Shown here piece by piece: positions 25,182 through 37,194 of a stretch of 64,000 bases of DNA (position 1 is the stretch's first letter; every line of letters begins with the position of its first letter). The DNA comes from Octopus bimaculoides (lineage: Eukaryota), in NCBI RefSeq assembly GCF_001194135.2, contig NC_068989.1:7069955-7133954 (forward strand), read 5' to 3'. Made by a program: the position numbers and the translations under genes. The notes under the pieces were generated by a model that was given only the letters and a program-made list of their open reading frames with translations, did no database searches and had not been told where the DNA came from.

Positions 25182-25545
25182 CATCATCATTTCAACATAC
25201 TTTTTTCCATACTAGTATGGATAAGACAGAATTTGTTGAGGCAGAATTCCAATGGCTGCATGCCCTACCTGTCGCCAACCGTCACCTCCTTCCATGCAAA
25301 ATAATATTTCTCCACAATCAGACGCGTTTGCCATAGAAGGCTGGAAACAAAAACATCACATGTCCGATGGTGATGCTTGCTCACAGCCATCACTTGAGGT
25401 CAAGACAAAGGCATGCACAAACACACACGTGTGCATGTACGTATATATAACGGGCTTCTTTCAGTTTCCATCAACCAAATCCACTTACAAGGCTTTGGTC
25501 AGCCCAGGTCTATAGTGAAAGACGCTTGCCAAAGGTGCCACACAG
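25182..25545 (-). mobile_element. Chimeric SINE: family A head with the alternative tail ending in (GAT)n
   Basis: (CAT)n, TGCCCTACCTGTCGCCAACC, then ACGGGCTTCTTTCAGTTTCC...TGCCAAAGGTGCCAC. Confidence 0.75.
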
Positions 25546-25589
25546 TAAAAGCAGTGACAGGCCCTGAAGTGCAGGTAACATGTGGCGGA

Positions 25590-25870
25590 ATTAGGCACAC
25601 ATGTTAGTCTGGTTGAGAAGCTCACCATGCAACCACATTGTATCAGGATCAAGTCCTGCTGCATGACACTTTAGGTAAGCTTCTTCAACTGTAGCCCCAG
25701 GTCAACCAATGCCACATGAGTGAAATTTGGTAGATGGAAACTGTGCGAAAACCAGTCATGTGTGGGTGTGTGTCTTTGCATTCATTTTGTCCCCACCCAC
25801 CGTCTGACAACTAGTGTTGCTTGGTTTGTCTCCGTAACCTGTGGTTTGGTAAAAGAGACTCAGAAAATGG
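25590..25870 (+). mobile_element. SINE family A, diverged (intronic)
   Basis: GGTAGATGGAAACTG ... GGTAAAAGAGAC. Confidence 0.7.
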
Positions 25871-25949
25871 GATGCCTCATGCAGTGCTTTGAGGCAGGGT
25901 GAAGTTCATTAGTATCTGAGGTTTCCATTAAAGAATAAAATCAGCCTAC

Positions 25950-26150
25950 ATCATCATTAAACGTTTGCTTCCCATGTTGGCATGGCCTGGATGATTTGCC
26001 AGGACCCAAGCCACAGGGCCACATTGAATTTCAATGTCAACTTTGGCGTGATTTCTATGACTGGATGCTCTTCCTAGCATCAACCATTTTACAGTGTGGA
26101 CTGAGTGTCTTTTTCTTTTCTTTTTTTTTTTTTTTTTGGTGCCACTAGCA
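25950..26150 (-). mobile_element. Family D retroposon, diverged
   Basis: CATCATCATTAAACG...GGATGCTCTTCCTAGCATCAACC. Confidence 0.7.
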
Positions 26151-26529
26151 CTTGTGAGGTTGTTAAGTAACTTGCAAAACAAGAAAAGAACGAGAAAAAG
26201 GGAAAAGTGGGGGTTGGGAGTGAGAAGGGAAGACGGCCTCAGGCCAGGTGTTGAAAGGTTAAAGTATGATAGTGGAAGAAGTACAAGTCTGTTGTTATAG
26301 AAGAGATCCATAGCTACCCTACATTATGTAAGGATGGGAGTAACTTGGAAGGAGTTGACATTTTATGAACCAATGATAGAGCCTTTAGTTAGTCACTCAA
26401 CCTGCTAGAAACAAACACCAAATCACCTTCAAATGAAACTTTATTATCTCATCAAAGTTTCCCAGAACCATAGAGCTCTATAGGGAATAGTGATAGAAAC
26501 ACAAATCAAATGTTAATGCATTGTTGCAT

Positions 26530-26768
26530 TACCACATGAAAAAAGCACCCATGCCAGCACCATATAAAAAGCACTCAATGCTGGTGCCACATAAAAAGCA
26601 CCCAGTACGCTCTGTAACGTGGTTGGCATTGGGTAGGGCATCCAGCTGTAGAAACTATGCCAAAGCAGACAGTAGAACTTGGTGCAGTCTTCTGGCTCAC
26701 TAGCTCCTATCAAACTGTCCAACCCATGCCAGCATGGAAAACAGACACCAAATGGTGATGATGATGAA
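26530..26768 (+). mobile_element. Family D retroposon
   Basis: TAAAAAGCAC repeats; GGGCATCCAGCTGTAGAAAC; GATGATGATG. Confidence 0.82.
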
Positions 26769-27339
26769 AAGCTAATTATACACACATGCCATGTTCAAAA
26801 TCCTGGCATCTATAGTTAGTAAGGAGATCCTAGGGGAATTTGGTCTAAAGATATTAGTTAAGATAAAATTTCTTAAACATTCTTTGTCTTGATGGTTTTC
26901 ACACTGGCAAAACTTTTAAATTTTGTTTCATCACTTAATTTAACCTTATGAAAGAGAAATAAAATGAGTTATAAAAAAACAAAATTATTTTCTTTGTAAG
27001 GGTTCACTAAGATATGGGATGTATTTTAAGACTTTCCCAAGAGTAAAAAAAGGTTGGAATTTTTGCATAAAGAAATGGTGACTGGAAAGTCTTTGATTGT
27101 AGTTTGGCTCAGTCCCAGTTGACTCTTCACAAACAACCTACCCTTTTCTGTAAAAAATAGAACCTCAGCCTCATAGTTGTACCAGATACCCTCTCAAACA
27201 TTCTCACAAAGCCTGCAATGGAACCATCCTTCTTTCCCAAAACATGCTGGCTACATCTTGAAACAACCAATTATACCAAACTTTTTAATTGACTTCAACT
27301 CAGCTCTGATCAAACACACTCATGAACATTCCAGCTTTG

Positions 27340-27640
27340 TCTCATATTTTTATAGACTACGTTATCTGTGTTATTTTTTAGCATTTTTAATATGCTTGGA
27401 TGAGTTTAGGAGAACCAGGCTGCTATTTCTAGCAATGTACGTAGAGGCTACATCCGAAAAATCCTTTTAATCAACTCGGAACAACTTTCATTTTTATGAT
27501 GTAAACAGCTGACATCTACAAAAGCCTTGTATTCTATCGAAGTTAAAATCAAAAAGAATTATTTTTTAGGAAATAAAAGTTTAAAAATTAACAGCTTTAA
27601 AATGCCCGATCGAAAGTGACCTCTAATGGACAGCCCTGTA
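27340..27640 (-). mobile_element. Possible Tc1/mariner terminal fragment
   Basis: Minus strand begins TA-CAGGGCTGTCCA, a mariner-like terminus; no partner TIR found. Confidence 0.3.
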
Positions 27641-28382
27641 GTATATTTGATTTTGACTGCCGAATACGACGGTTTTGTTTTTTTTAATTTACCGTAAATT
27701 TTATGCCAAACATACTGTAATGATTTAAATAAAGATAATTAAAACTATTTCTTTCGATTATGTTAGAAATAAAACTAAAGCTACTTTTGAACTTTTCAAT
27801 GTTCATTAAATGTCTCTAACACAATTTAAAATTTTAAAATAAACAAATTAAACATTTACAATGATCGATGTTTAAAACTTAGTTAAAACGATGTTTTGAA
27901 ACATTTCAATATTTTTACGAGATCACTTAAATAAATTTCAAACGGAGTAATAAAATCCTTAATATATGTCGAGCAAAAAACAATTTAACTTCGATTTGAC
28001 TATAAACATTTTTCAAAAAATTATCTGGCATTATTATCACTAAATAACTTATCTTCAGTAAAATATGTAGGATATGAACAGTTGCGTACGTATGGTTGGG
28101 TATCATCACCATCACCATCACCATCACTAGTCTGATGTTTCCACCTCGGTCCGAATTTATTTCCTCTTAACTTTATTAATAATGCAAAGTTTGTAATTAA
28201 ATTTTACGCTGGTATGATTTCGAAGATGTAGCTTACGATTATGCTGAGAAATCAATCATTTCACGCATAAATTTAAACGAACATATTGTAATTAGACAAT
28301 ATAACATTTTTTGTTGTTTTCTGCTTTTGTTGAGTTTGGTTGCTTTTTTAAAATATATATATATATATTTCATTGTTAGCCT

Positions 28383-28888
28383 GGCGCGGCTGCGGGGCAA
28401 GAAGTTTGGATAAATTTTCAGATAAACACCCGCACAATTTCACTAGGGGATTAGGGTTAGGGTTAGCATTAGGGATGGAATTCCCACCCTAACACCCTAG
28501 TGAAAATCGTGCGTGTGTTAATCTGAAAATTTACCGAAGTTTGCTTCCCAACTACATGGTTTTTGGTTCGGTCCCACAGCGCAGTATTTTGGGCAAGTGT
28601 TTTTATAACCCCCGGGCCGACCAAAACCTTGTGAATGGATTTGGTAGACGTAAAGTGGAAGAAGTCCATCATGTGGGTGAGTAGGTGGATGGATACCTGT
28701 GTGTGTGTGTGTGTTTGTCCCCAAACATCGGTTTGTATACGTCCTCATAAGTTTACGAGGTTCGGCAAAAGAGACCCATAAAATAAACACCAGGCTGAAA
28801 AAGTACCGGGGTCAGTTTGTTTGACTAAACACTTCATAGTGGTGCCCCAGCATGGCCGCAGTCCAATGACTGAAACAAATAAAAGATT
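28383..28888 (+). mobile_element. SINE family A interrupted by the 127-bp MITE
   Basis: Head GGCGCGGCTG...AAGAAGTTTG resumes as CTTCCCAACTACATGG after the insertion; tail GACTGAAACAAATAAAAGA. Confidence 0.88.
28409..28535. mobile_element. 127-bp MITE with ~40-bp TIRs, 8-bp TSD and internal TTAGGG repeats (Merlin-like), nested in a SINE head
   Basis: Ends GATAAATTTTCAGAT / ATCTGAAAATTTACC; TSD GAAGTTTG at 28401-28408 and 28536-28543. Confidence 0.85.
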
Positions 28889-30032
28889 TATGAGGGTTGG
28901 TTAGATCTGTTTATTTAACCCAAGGTTATTCTTGACCCGAGTAGACTTTACAATAGCGATGAATCGTCCTGTCCGTTTTTTTGCAGGCTGACTTACCCCC
29001 GAAAAATCGTGGGAAAAGTACAAAACGAAATCAATACAACAAAAAGGGGGGCTTGCATTTTATCGACTAAATACTAAAACAACAAATTTAAGTAAGAATA
29101 TTAACTTTTCATTCAAGCCAAAATCAATTACTGCGAGGCAAGGTGCGACCATAATTACTAAGGGAGATAACTACAACCTCAGAATTTCCACCGTAAACTA
29201 GTTAGAAGCTATAACGACATTGTCAGAAACTGAATTTCTAAGCTATTACGACAGTGAAACAACACAATATTTACATCACATCAAGAAAAAAACCGACAAT
29301 ATTATCAGTCATAATTAACAATTGTAGGGATTTCATTATCAATTACGTTAGCTGTTATAGAATGACGGCAACAGAATGAAACCACTGAAGTAATAACTTC
29401 TACAGAGTCACTCAATCTGCTAGAAATAACAGTTAAATCTACCTAAATCACTCTCTAACATCTTAAAAAAGCAATAGGAGAATGGATGTTGCAACATAGA
29501 CATATAATAGCTGCAAAAGCAACAAAGACGGGATGGTTACGACTGGAACGCTTTCCATTAGGGGTGATATACAAGCCAGGACCTGGGTCGGGGAAGGCTT
29601 CAGCTGCTACATTGTTCTAGGGTCTGGAGATCCAAAAAGGGGCCCCGTGAAATTCTAACGATGGATGGAGACGAGATAACATCATTCCCAGAGGGGAGCC
29701 GAAAGCAAAACCATTCTGCTTAGCAAAAATTGCTCTCTTAAGCCATACCCACGACACACGAAGCTCCATCAGAGAACAGCTGACGAAGTAAAAGACTGGG
29801 TGACTACGACACAAAGAAACTAAAATTCAATAAAAAAATTTTTTTCTTTTAATTAATACGTGGAAAATATACAAGACGGAGAGGGTAGGTGTGAGCTAAT
29901 AATAGGAAGAGAGACGGTGCCGCTGCGAAAGAAAATAAAAGGTGTCTGCAACTAAGGAAGAGAAAAGAATTACAATTAGATATAGTAAATGTGTGTGAAT
30001 GAATGAATGAAGGAAGGAAAAGTGCATTTTAC

Positions 30033-31839
30033 CTCGGATGGAATCGAATACTTTGATATCAGGCTCTGTAGAAGAAAAATCATCTTCTAATCGCGTTATA
30101 GAATCCGCTGATAGTCTGTTGGAATGGTGGTAGTTGTTAACTTGACTATGAAGATGTGGTGGTTGATGTTGCTGTTGGTGATGCTGTGATTGATGGTGGG
30201 GGTGATGTGAATGCAGCAGGTTGCCGTCGGTTTGGTTCTGGAGATCGGATGTCGGCGAGTTGGCATGGTGCTGGAAGTGTATGCGGTCGGCGCTGCCCGA
30301 TACCGAAACAACAGCCAGGTTCTCCACTGAATAGAGCGGATCAACGTCCTGTCCGGGCCCTGGCTGACTGCTGGGGTCGCTGTTTTGCTCCACATGGAAA
30401 CTGTCGACAGCCACACCCGAACGATGATGCCGACTGCTCCTTCGCACATCTTCATCATTGTAGATATCATCGTCAACGGTTCCACTATCGTCGATGTCGT
30501 CATCGTCGTCGTCGTCGACCTCGTCGCCTTCTACGTCGTCTTCCTCGTCTTCATCCTCTTCGTCTTCGTCTTCATCAAACTCCTCGTTTTCGTCGGCCAC
30601 ATCGACCAGAGCGCCGTCGCTGATGGACGTAGATTTACTGGTGGGGTGGAGGCGGCGACGTCGCCTCCGCCGTGCCCCGATTGTGTTGCTGTCATCGTCG
30701 TTCACAGCAGCTAAAACAGCAACAGTATCGTCCTCTTCATCGTCGTCATCGGCATCGTCTTCGTCATCTACATCGTCTCTTTCCACGCCGATAGTGGCAG
30801 AAGAAACCGTCAGTAACCTCTGTTGCCTGCGACTGCTGCTGTTGCTGTTGCTGTTGTTGTCGTTAGTAGCGAAGTTCCTGCTACTCACATCGTCCAGTAC
30901 CACTTTCTTCTTCTTCCGCTTCTTGCTGCCGCTAGTCTTGGAGTTGGGTCTGTTACTTAGACTACCACCGCGGAGTAATGAGGGCGACAGGCCAACTACA
31001 CTGTTGGAACCAGTAGTTGACGACAGAGCTTGGAGTTGGCTACCGTAGCTCGGAACCGAACCTGACTTAATAGTGTTACTGTTGTTGTTGTTGTTTAGAA
31101 TACTGCTGAGGATAATGTTGGGGGGATTAGTAGTATTATTTGCACTGTTAATGTTGTTGCTAGTGTTGTTACTATTGATGATGCTCACAGTTGTGTTGTT
31201 GATATTGTTACTGCTATGATTTGAGTTGTCGGTGGGTTTAGAAACGTTATTAAGCGGAACCAAATTTAGTCGCACTGAATTAGGGTCCGAATCGGAAGTA
31301 GTCGTTTGCAAGTTCACTCGCATGAGATCAATTCGGGCTCTGCTTTTCAAGTTTTTCCAGCATTGCCTAAGTTGTTTAACCGATCGAGTCCATACTTCGT
31401 TCTGTGCATTATACTTATTGGTCAATTCGATCCAGGCGGCATTTTTCTCTTTCACCATGATGCCATCTGTCCGCTTGTCTTCGACAATATGTCGATATGT
31501 TTGCATCAATGATAGAAGAATTTCTTTCTCGTGGTGAGTGAAGTTGGCGGAACGCCTCGAGGACATTCGCACCCGCTTCTCTGTCTTTGATGCTTTGCTC
31601 TTCGCCGTTGTGGAGGCCGTCCTGGACGTTTTTGCACTTTGACTGGTGGGCGAATCCAGGGTTGCCGTCAACGGGTCGGTTAGAGCTTTCTTTGACTCAG
31701 ATCTGTCGGTATCCGAGTCATCCTCTGCGGTGCCCACGCTGCTCCTCCGGCGTGACGCCTCCGAGGACCGCGGGGCGGATTTAATACTTGTCGGAGCAAT
31801 TTTGGCGGATTCCGAGGCCAGGATCCTTGTTTTAAAATG
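30033..31839 (-). CDS. Myb/SANT-like DNA-binding domain protein (MSANTD/Myb_DNA-bind_5 type), large 5' coding exon; first in-frame ATG at 31566, frame open up to 31839
   Basis: Translation MSSRRSANFTHHEKEILLSLMQTYRHIVEDKRTD...KNAAWIELTNKYN...RSVKQLRQCWKNLKSRAR fits the MSANTD-type trihelix pattern. Followed by Asn-rich, basic (KKRKKKK, RRRRRRR), acidic and His/Gln-rich tracts. Donor CCGAG|GTAAAA at 30033/30032 (phase 1). Confidence 0.88.
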
Positions 31840-33608
31840 TTAGCTGCGCAATGGCAGAAAAAGTTGAGACACTGATGTCGATAAGAAAATATCGACACTG
31901 ATTATGGTTTGACTATCGTGCTGGTGGCTGATTTAGGTTACAAAGGCTGACGAATCTTTCGTGGTTTTTCCTTTTTTTTTGACCCAGGATTTTCCTGTAT
32001 TTGACACTTCGGAAGAGATCTTCGACAGCTGGTGTTCATTAAAAGGATTTAACAGCAGAGTTTATCTATCAAAATATAAAAACGATTAAAAAAATAGATT
32101 AGAATTAATACATACTAGCGACAAATGTTAAGTAAGGTTTAACTAGGTTAGGATTGAGAGAAGAAAATTAAATGGTTTGAACTTATGTTGACGTCGCATT
32201 TAAACAACAAATAAAATTACAATGAAGGAGTATGACTATAATAATTATCGATCAGAATTTTAAAATATCAAACCATGCTGTAAGAACTATTGTTGGCCCG
32301 GATTATATTACGATTATTGTTGATGTTGTGATACATGATGTCGATGGTGATGATGATCATAATGACCATGATAATGATGATGATTATGAAGCATCACAGA
32401 TGTTTGTAGTAGACATAACTTAAATGGAAGTGAGTGGGTGAAGGTTGGATAATATGTCGAGATGGGAAATAATGTTAGAGAACGACAGAGCTGAAATAAC
32501 TGCTGAGAGACGAGGATTTAGCGAACAAAGAATATGAGCTAGCTTTACATCACCTACTCAAACTTCTACCCTTTTTTTTTTCATTCTCTCTTTCCTCCAG
32601 TCTCTCTCTCTCTCATCTTTCTCTCAGACATAATAATGTCTTGTCTGTTTATTTCTCTATTTCTCACAAAAAAAAACCTAAATCGTTTTATCTCTCTCAT
32701 TCTTTTACAGACACGTAATCTCTTTATCTCTAACCCCTCCCCCTTTCTCACAAAGAGTGCCTGTCTTAGATACACCAGTTCTCTGTGTTTCTATCTACCC
32801 CACATGCATTAACCTTCTCCGTCTCTCCCGCGACTTCTCTCTCTCTATTTCTTGTTAAACCAGTTGTACCCCCCCTCTTTCGAGCATGATAACAACTCTC
32901 TCTCCCTCTCTCATATTAAACCTCTATATCTCTTCCTCTTTAAACCAGATGTGTGAATATGGCTACTGAAACTTTAGAAGTGTGTGTCAAAGAAAGAGGC
33001 ATGAGCTGAAACTAGATCGGACCTCTAGGTTTCAATCGGAATATTTCTCTGCACATTAAACACATACAGTCATACACACAGCCAACATACATGCAGATTT
33101 ATATACAAATTACATCAACACTATTAATGATAACACATATGAAATTATAATTGTTGTTCTTCTACATATTTTTAACATATTTCAAGGTGAGAAATGCTAA
33201 CGGTTTCCTTTATATATTTTTTTTCAAAGACAAAAAACATTCGTTTAAATCCAGTCTATCGTCGTCGTCGTCGTCGTCGTGGCAATGTCATATTTCCCAT
33301 CGCACGTGCATGTATATATACATATACATACATATATATAATCTTATTTTCACTCGTCCAAAATTAAATCTGAAAAATTCCTGATACCTTGATCGTTTTT
33401 TCGCTTGATACTTCTTCCTACAGCGTCGTTTAATACGGCTGTTTTGTATAAATGAGCGAACCAGATTATATATATGTGTATATATACATATAATCACTCG
33501 GGTTAACGTGTTCTCTGTTTAATCAGTTCAAATATAATCCGCAAAAAGAAATGATACATACATGTGGTTTAGCTTTAATGAGGTTTCCAGTCTTCGGTTG
33601 ATTTCTTC

Positions 33609-33651
<43 letters not shown>

Positions 33652-33985
33652 TGAATGTTTCCACGTTTGTGTTAATTATTAATTCATCCTGATCGGTTAA
33701 AGGATCTTTGTGTTGTTGCTGTTACAGATATGTCTATAATTAATATTACTAATTAATAGTTAGCATATTTTGTAACGAAGAAGTTAATAATCTTTTTTTC
33801 TTTTCTTTTGTATTTCGTAACATGATGTGAAATGCATTTCAAACGTAGAGGTATATAATTCCTTCTTTCGAATTTCTTCATTTGGTTCGCATTTGCTTTT
33901 CTTTCTTTGTTGGGGTCACAGAAATATGTTAGTATACAAGATTAATGTATACATATATATATATATTTTTATCTTGCTGTGTATC

Positions 33986-34020
<35 letters not shown>

Positions 34021-35909
34021 TAAAATAGTATCCTTGGCTTCGTTGACTGCTCACATATGTACAAGTGTAGGTGCGATCAGATGAATGTCAATTAATTTCA
34101 AAGTGAGTCTTCGGTTAAAACAATGACTAGACAACAGAGGGGGTAAAATTAAAACGCCACAGCAAAACCAACAGAGAAAAATTAAAAACGAATATAAAAT
34201 GTATAAAGCAAGTAATGGCAGCAGGTGAGTGAAATGAGTTAGTTCGCTGTTACAGTAGTTCTATATTTAGGCTCAGAAACAAACCCTCGATCAACTAGAC
34301 GGCTCTGATCAGCAGCAAGATGGCTGGTTATCTCTGCCTATCACAAGTGTATATGTATAATAGAAGCAGTGAGTTAGTGTATAAAAGAGAGACTGGCAAA
34401 ACTGTGAACCGCCGCTGTATACCACTTTCAGACTCCCACTTTCCTACCGTTTACTAAATAATTCGTTCTTATCCATCCTCCCTCTCTCTCGTTCATTCAC
34501 TCTCTCTTGATTTACCGCTCACTTTATTATATATATATATATATATACATACATATATATATACATATATATATTATAATTAATCTTTATACCTCTCGCA
34601 GTGTACACATACATATCTCTATATTAAAACGAGAGAAATATAACTATGTATGTATATATATGTGTAGCTTTATACGTACGTGTATCTGTTATGCCCTCTT
34701 CTTTTATTCCAGATTTCTGTGTATTTTATTAACCTAACTCGAATGTATATTTCGCTCTATATTTGCGGTCTGTTAATTCTTTTGAACACACACACATTAT
34801 CTTCCTCTATTTTTTGGCGTTTTACTAATTCTCTCTTCCGCTCATTTTTCTCTCGGTTTAAAACGTCCTTGGTTTAAACTTGCGAAATATGTTAGCAGTT
34901 TATTCCAGTACAAAAACTTGTGTTCATTAACTGTTTATTACTTTATTACAACACGCACACACACACAAATTTAAAGGGTTTTGTTCAATATATATATTTT
35001 TTCCTTTATTTAAACCAATAAAAAAAAAAGCGAGACTGCATTGATGTAGTAAACAAAGAGGTTTAGTCGTAAGAATAATCACAAACCCAAGTTGTAACGA
35101 GTTTCAACGTGTGTTCACCCTTGAGCTCCAGTTTCTACTTCGTGAATGAATGAATGCTCCCCTCATCTGGAAATGCATGAACATCACACCTTCACTTTTG
35201 ACTATTTCTTATAAATAAATGTTTCGTTATGCATCTCATCAGAAGTCACTCCCTGTTCGATAGATACCAGCTGGAAACATTTTAACTAGCGTCGCTTATT
35301 CTTTTACAATATAATATGAAAGTTCAACGTTCTATTCTTTTTAAAACTCTCACGTTTCATGTCTATAATAATCATTACTCAGAGTAGAAGTTAAACCTCC
35401 GGTGAGCTGAGATCACAATCGAGTTTCGATTCCCGGTTGAAGCCAGTTCATTTCGATTATCTTACTAATTAATGCCTTTGTGAATGTAATAAATCTCTCT
35501 TCCACCCCTATAATTGTCTGGTATTATGTCAACGTTCGATGTTCATTAGTTGGTTTAATTCTCATGAAGTTGATTGCCTATGCTACGCAGTTTTGATACC
35601 AAGCTAAATTCACTTCATTACTACGTTGCTAACGCAAATGGCCTTGAGAAAGGCACCAATGACAGACACATCTCAATTTGTTCTATAAATTTCTAACCCG
35701 TTGCCGATGTAAAAAGAAAGCGAAGAGACGCGACAGTTAAATCATTCAGAGAAGACGTTAATGGAAGGAGGTAAGGAAATCGAAAGCGATTTGAAACGAG
35801 GCCAGCTCTGTTCGAAGTTCTGGACAGAGGCTAATTAATAGCAGCGAGTTAAGGTCAGATCTCAACTAGGTCACACGCTTAAGTCTGCCTCTCAAACGGT
35901 GCGCTGTGC

Positions 35910-36283
35910 ATTCTTTTACTTGTTTCATTCATTTGACTGCGGCCATGCTGGAGCACCACCTTTTAGTCGAGCAAATCGACCCCAGGACTTATTCTTTGTA
36001 AGCCTAGTACTTATTCTATCGATCTCCTTTGCCGAACCGCTAAGTTACGGAGACGTAAACACACCAGCATCGTTTGTCAAGCGAAGTTGGGACAAACACA
36101 GACACACAAACATATACACACACATATATATGACGGGCTTCTTTCAGTTTCCGTCTACCAAATCCACTCACAAGGCTTTGGTCGGCCCGAGGCTATAGTA
36201 GAAGACACGCAGTGGGAATGAACCCGGAACCATGTGGTTGTTAAGCAAGCTACTTACCACACAGCCACTCCTGCACCTATGTC
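35910..36283 (-). mobile_element. SINE family A (left of gap)
   Basis: Consensus match; appears identical to 36821-37194. Confidence 0.92.
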
Positions 36284-36820
36284 NNNNNNNNNNNNNNNNN
36301 NNNNNNNNNNNNNNNNNNNNNNNNNNNNNNNNNNNNNNNNNNNNNNNNNNNNNNNNNNNNNNNNNNNNNNNNNNNNNNNNNNNNNNNNNNNNNNNNNNNN
36401 NNNNNNNNNNNNNNNNNNNNNNNNNNNNNNNNNNNNNNNNNNNNNNNNNNNNNNNNNNNNNNNNNNNNNNNNNNNNNNNNNNNNNNNNNNNNNNNNNNNN
36501 NNNNNNNNNNNNNNNNNNNNNNNNNNNNNNNNNNNNNNNNNNNNNNNNNNNNNNNNNNNNNNNNNNNNNNNNNNNNNNNNNNNNNNNNNNNNNNNNNNNN
36601 NNNNNNNNNNNNNNNNNNNNNNNNNNNNNNNNNNNNNNNNNNNNNNNNNNNNNNNNNNNNNNNNNNNNNNNNNNNNNNNNNNNNNNNNNNNNNNNNNNNN
36701 NNNNNNNNNNNNNNNNNNNNNNNNNNNNNNNNNNNNNNNNNNNNNNNNNNNNNNNNNNNNNNNNNNNNNNNNNNNNNNNNNNNNNNNNNNNNNNNNNNNN
36801 NNNNNNNNNNNNNNNNNNNC

Positions 36821-37194
36821 ATTCTTTTACTTGTTTCATTCATTTGACTGCGGCCATGCTGGAGCACCACCTTTTAGTCGAGCAAATCGACCCCAGGACT
36901 TATTCTTTGTAAGCCTAGTACTTATTCTATCGATCTCCTTTGCCGAACCGCTAAGTTACGGAGACGTAAACACACCAGCATCGTTTGTCAAGCGAAGTTG
37001 GGACAAACACAGACACACAAACATATACACACACATATATATGACGGGCTTCTTTCAGTTTCCGTCTACCAAATCCACTCACAAGGCTTTGGTCGGCCCG
37101 AGGCTATAGTAGAAGACACGCAGTGGGAATGAACCCGGAACCATGTGGTTGTTAAGCAAGCTACTTACCACACAGCCACTCCTGCACCTATGTC
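36821..37194 (-). mobile_element. SINE family A (right of gap, probable assembly duplicate)
   Basis: Appears identical over 374 bp to the copy left of the gap. Confidence 0.85.

Noticed and set aside
29896-30032. Hydrophobic C-terminus of the 613-aa ORF
   Set aside because: Read-through into the intron past the GT donor at 30032.
28409-31640. Idea that the Myb/SANT protein binds the TTAGGG MITEs near or inside its gene
   Set aside because: MSANTD-type domains are a different subfamily from telobox (TRF) Myb domains; proximity alone is not evidence.
30096-31898. Overlapping and antisense ORFs over the Myb/SANT exon
   Set aside because: Shadows of a GC-rich low-complexity coding exon.
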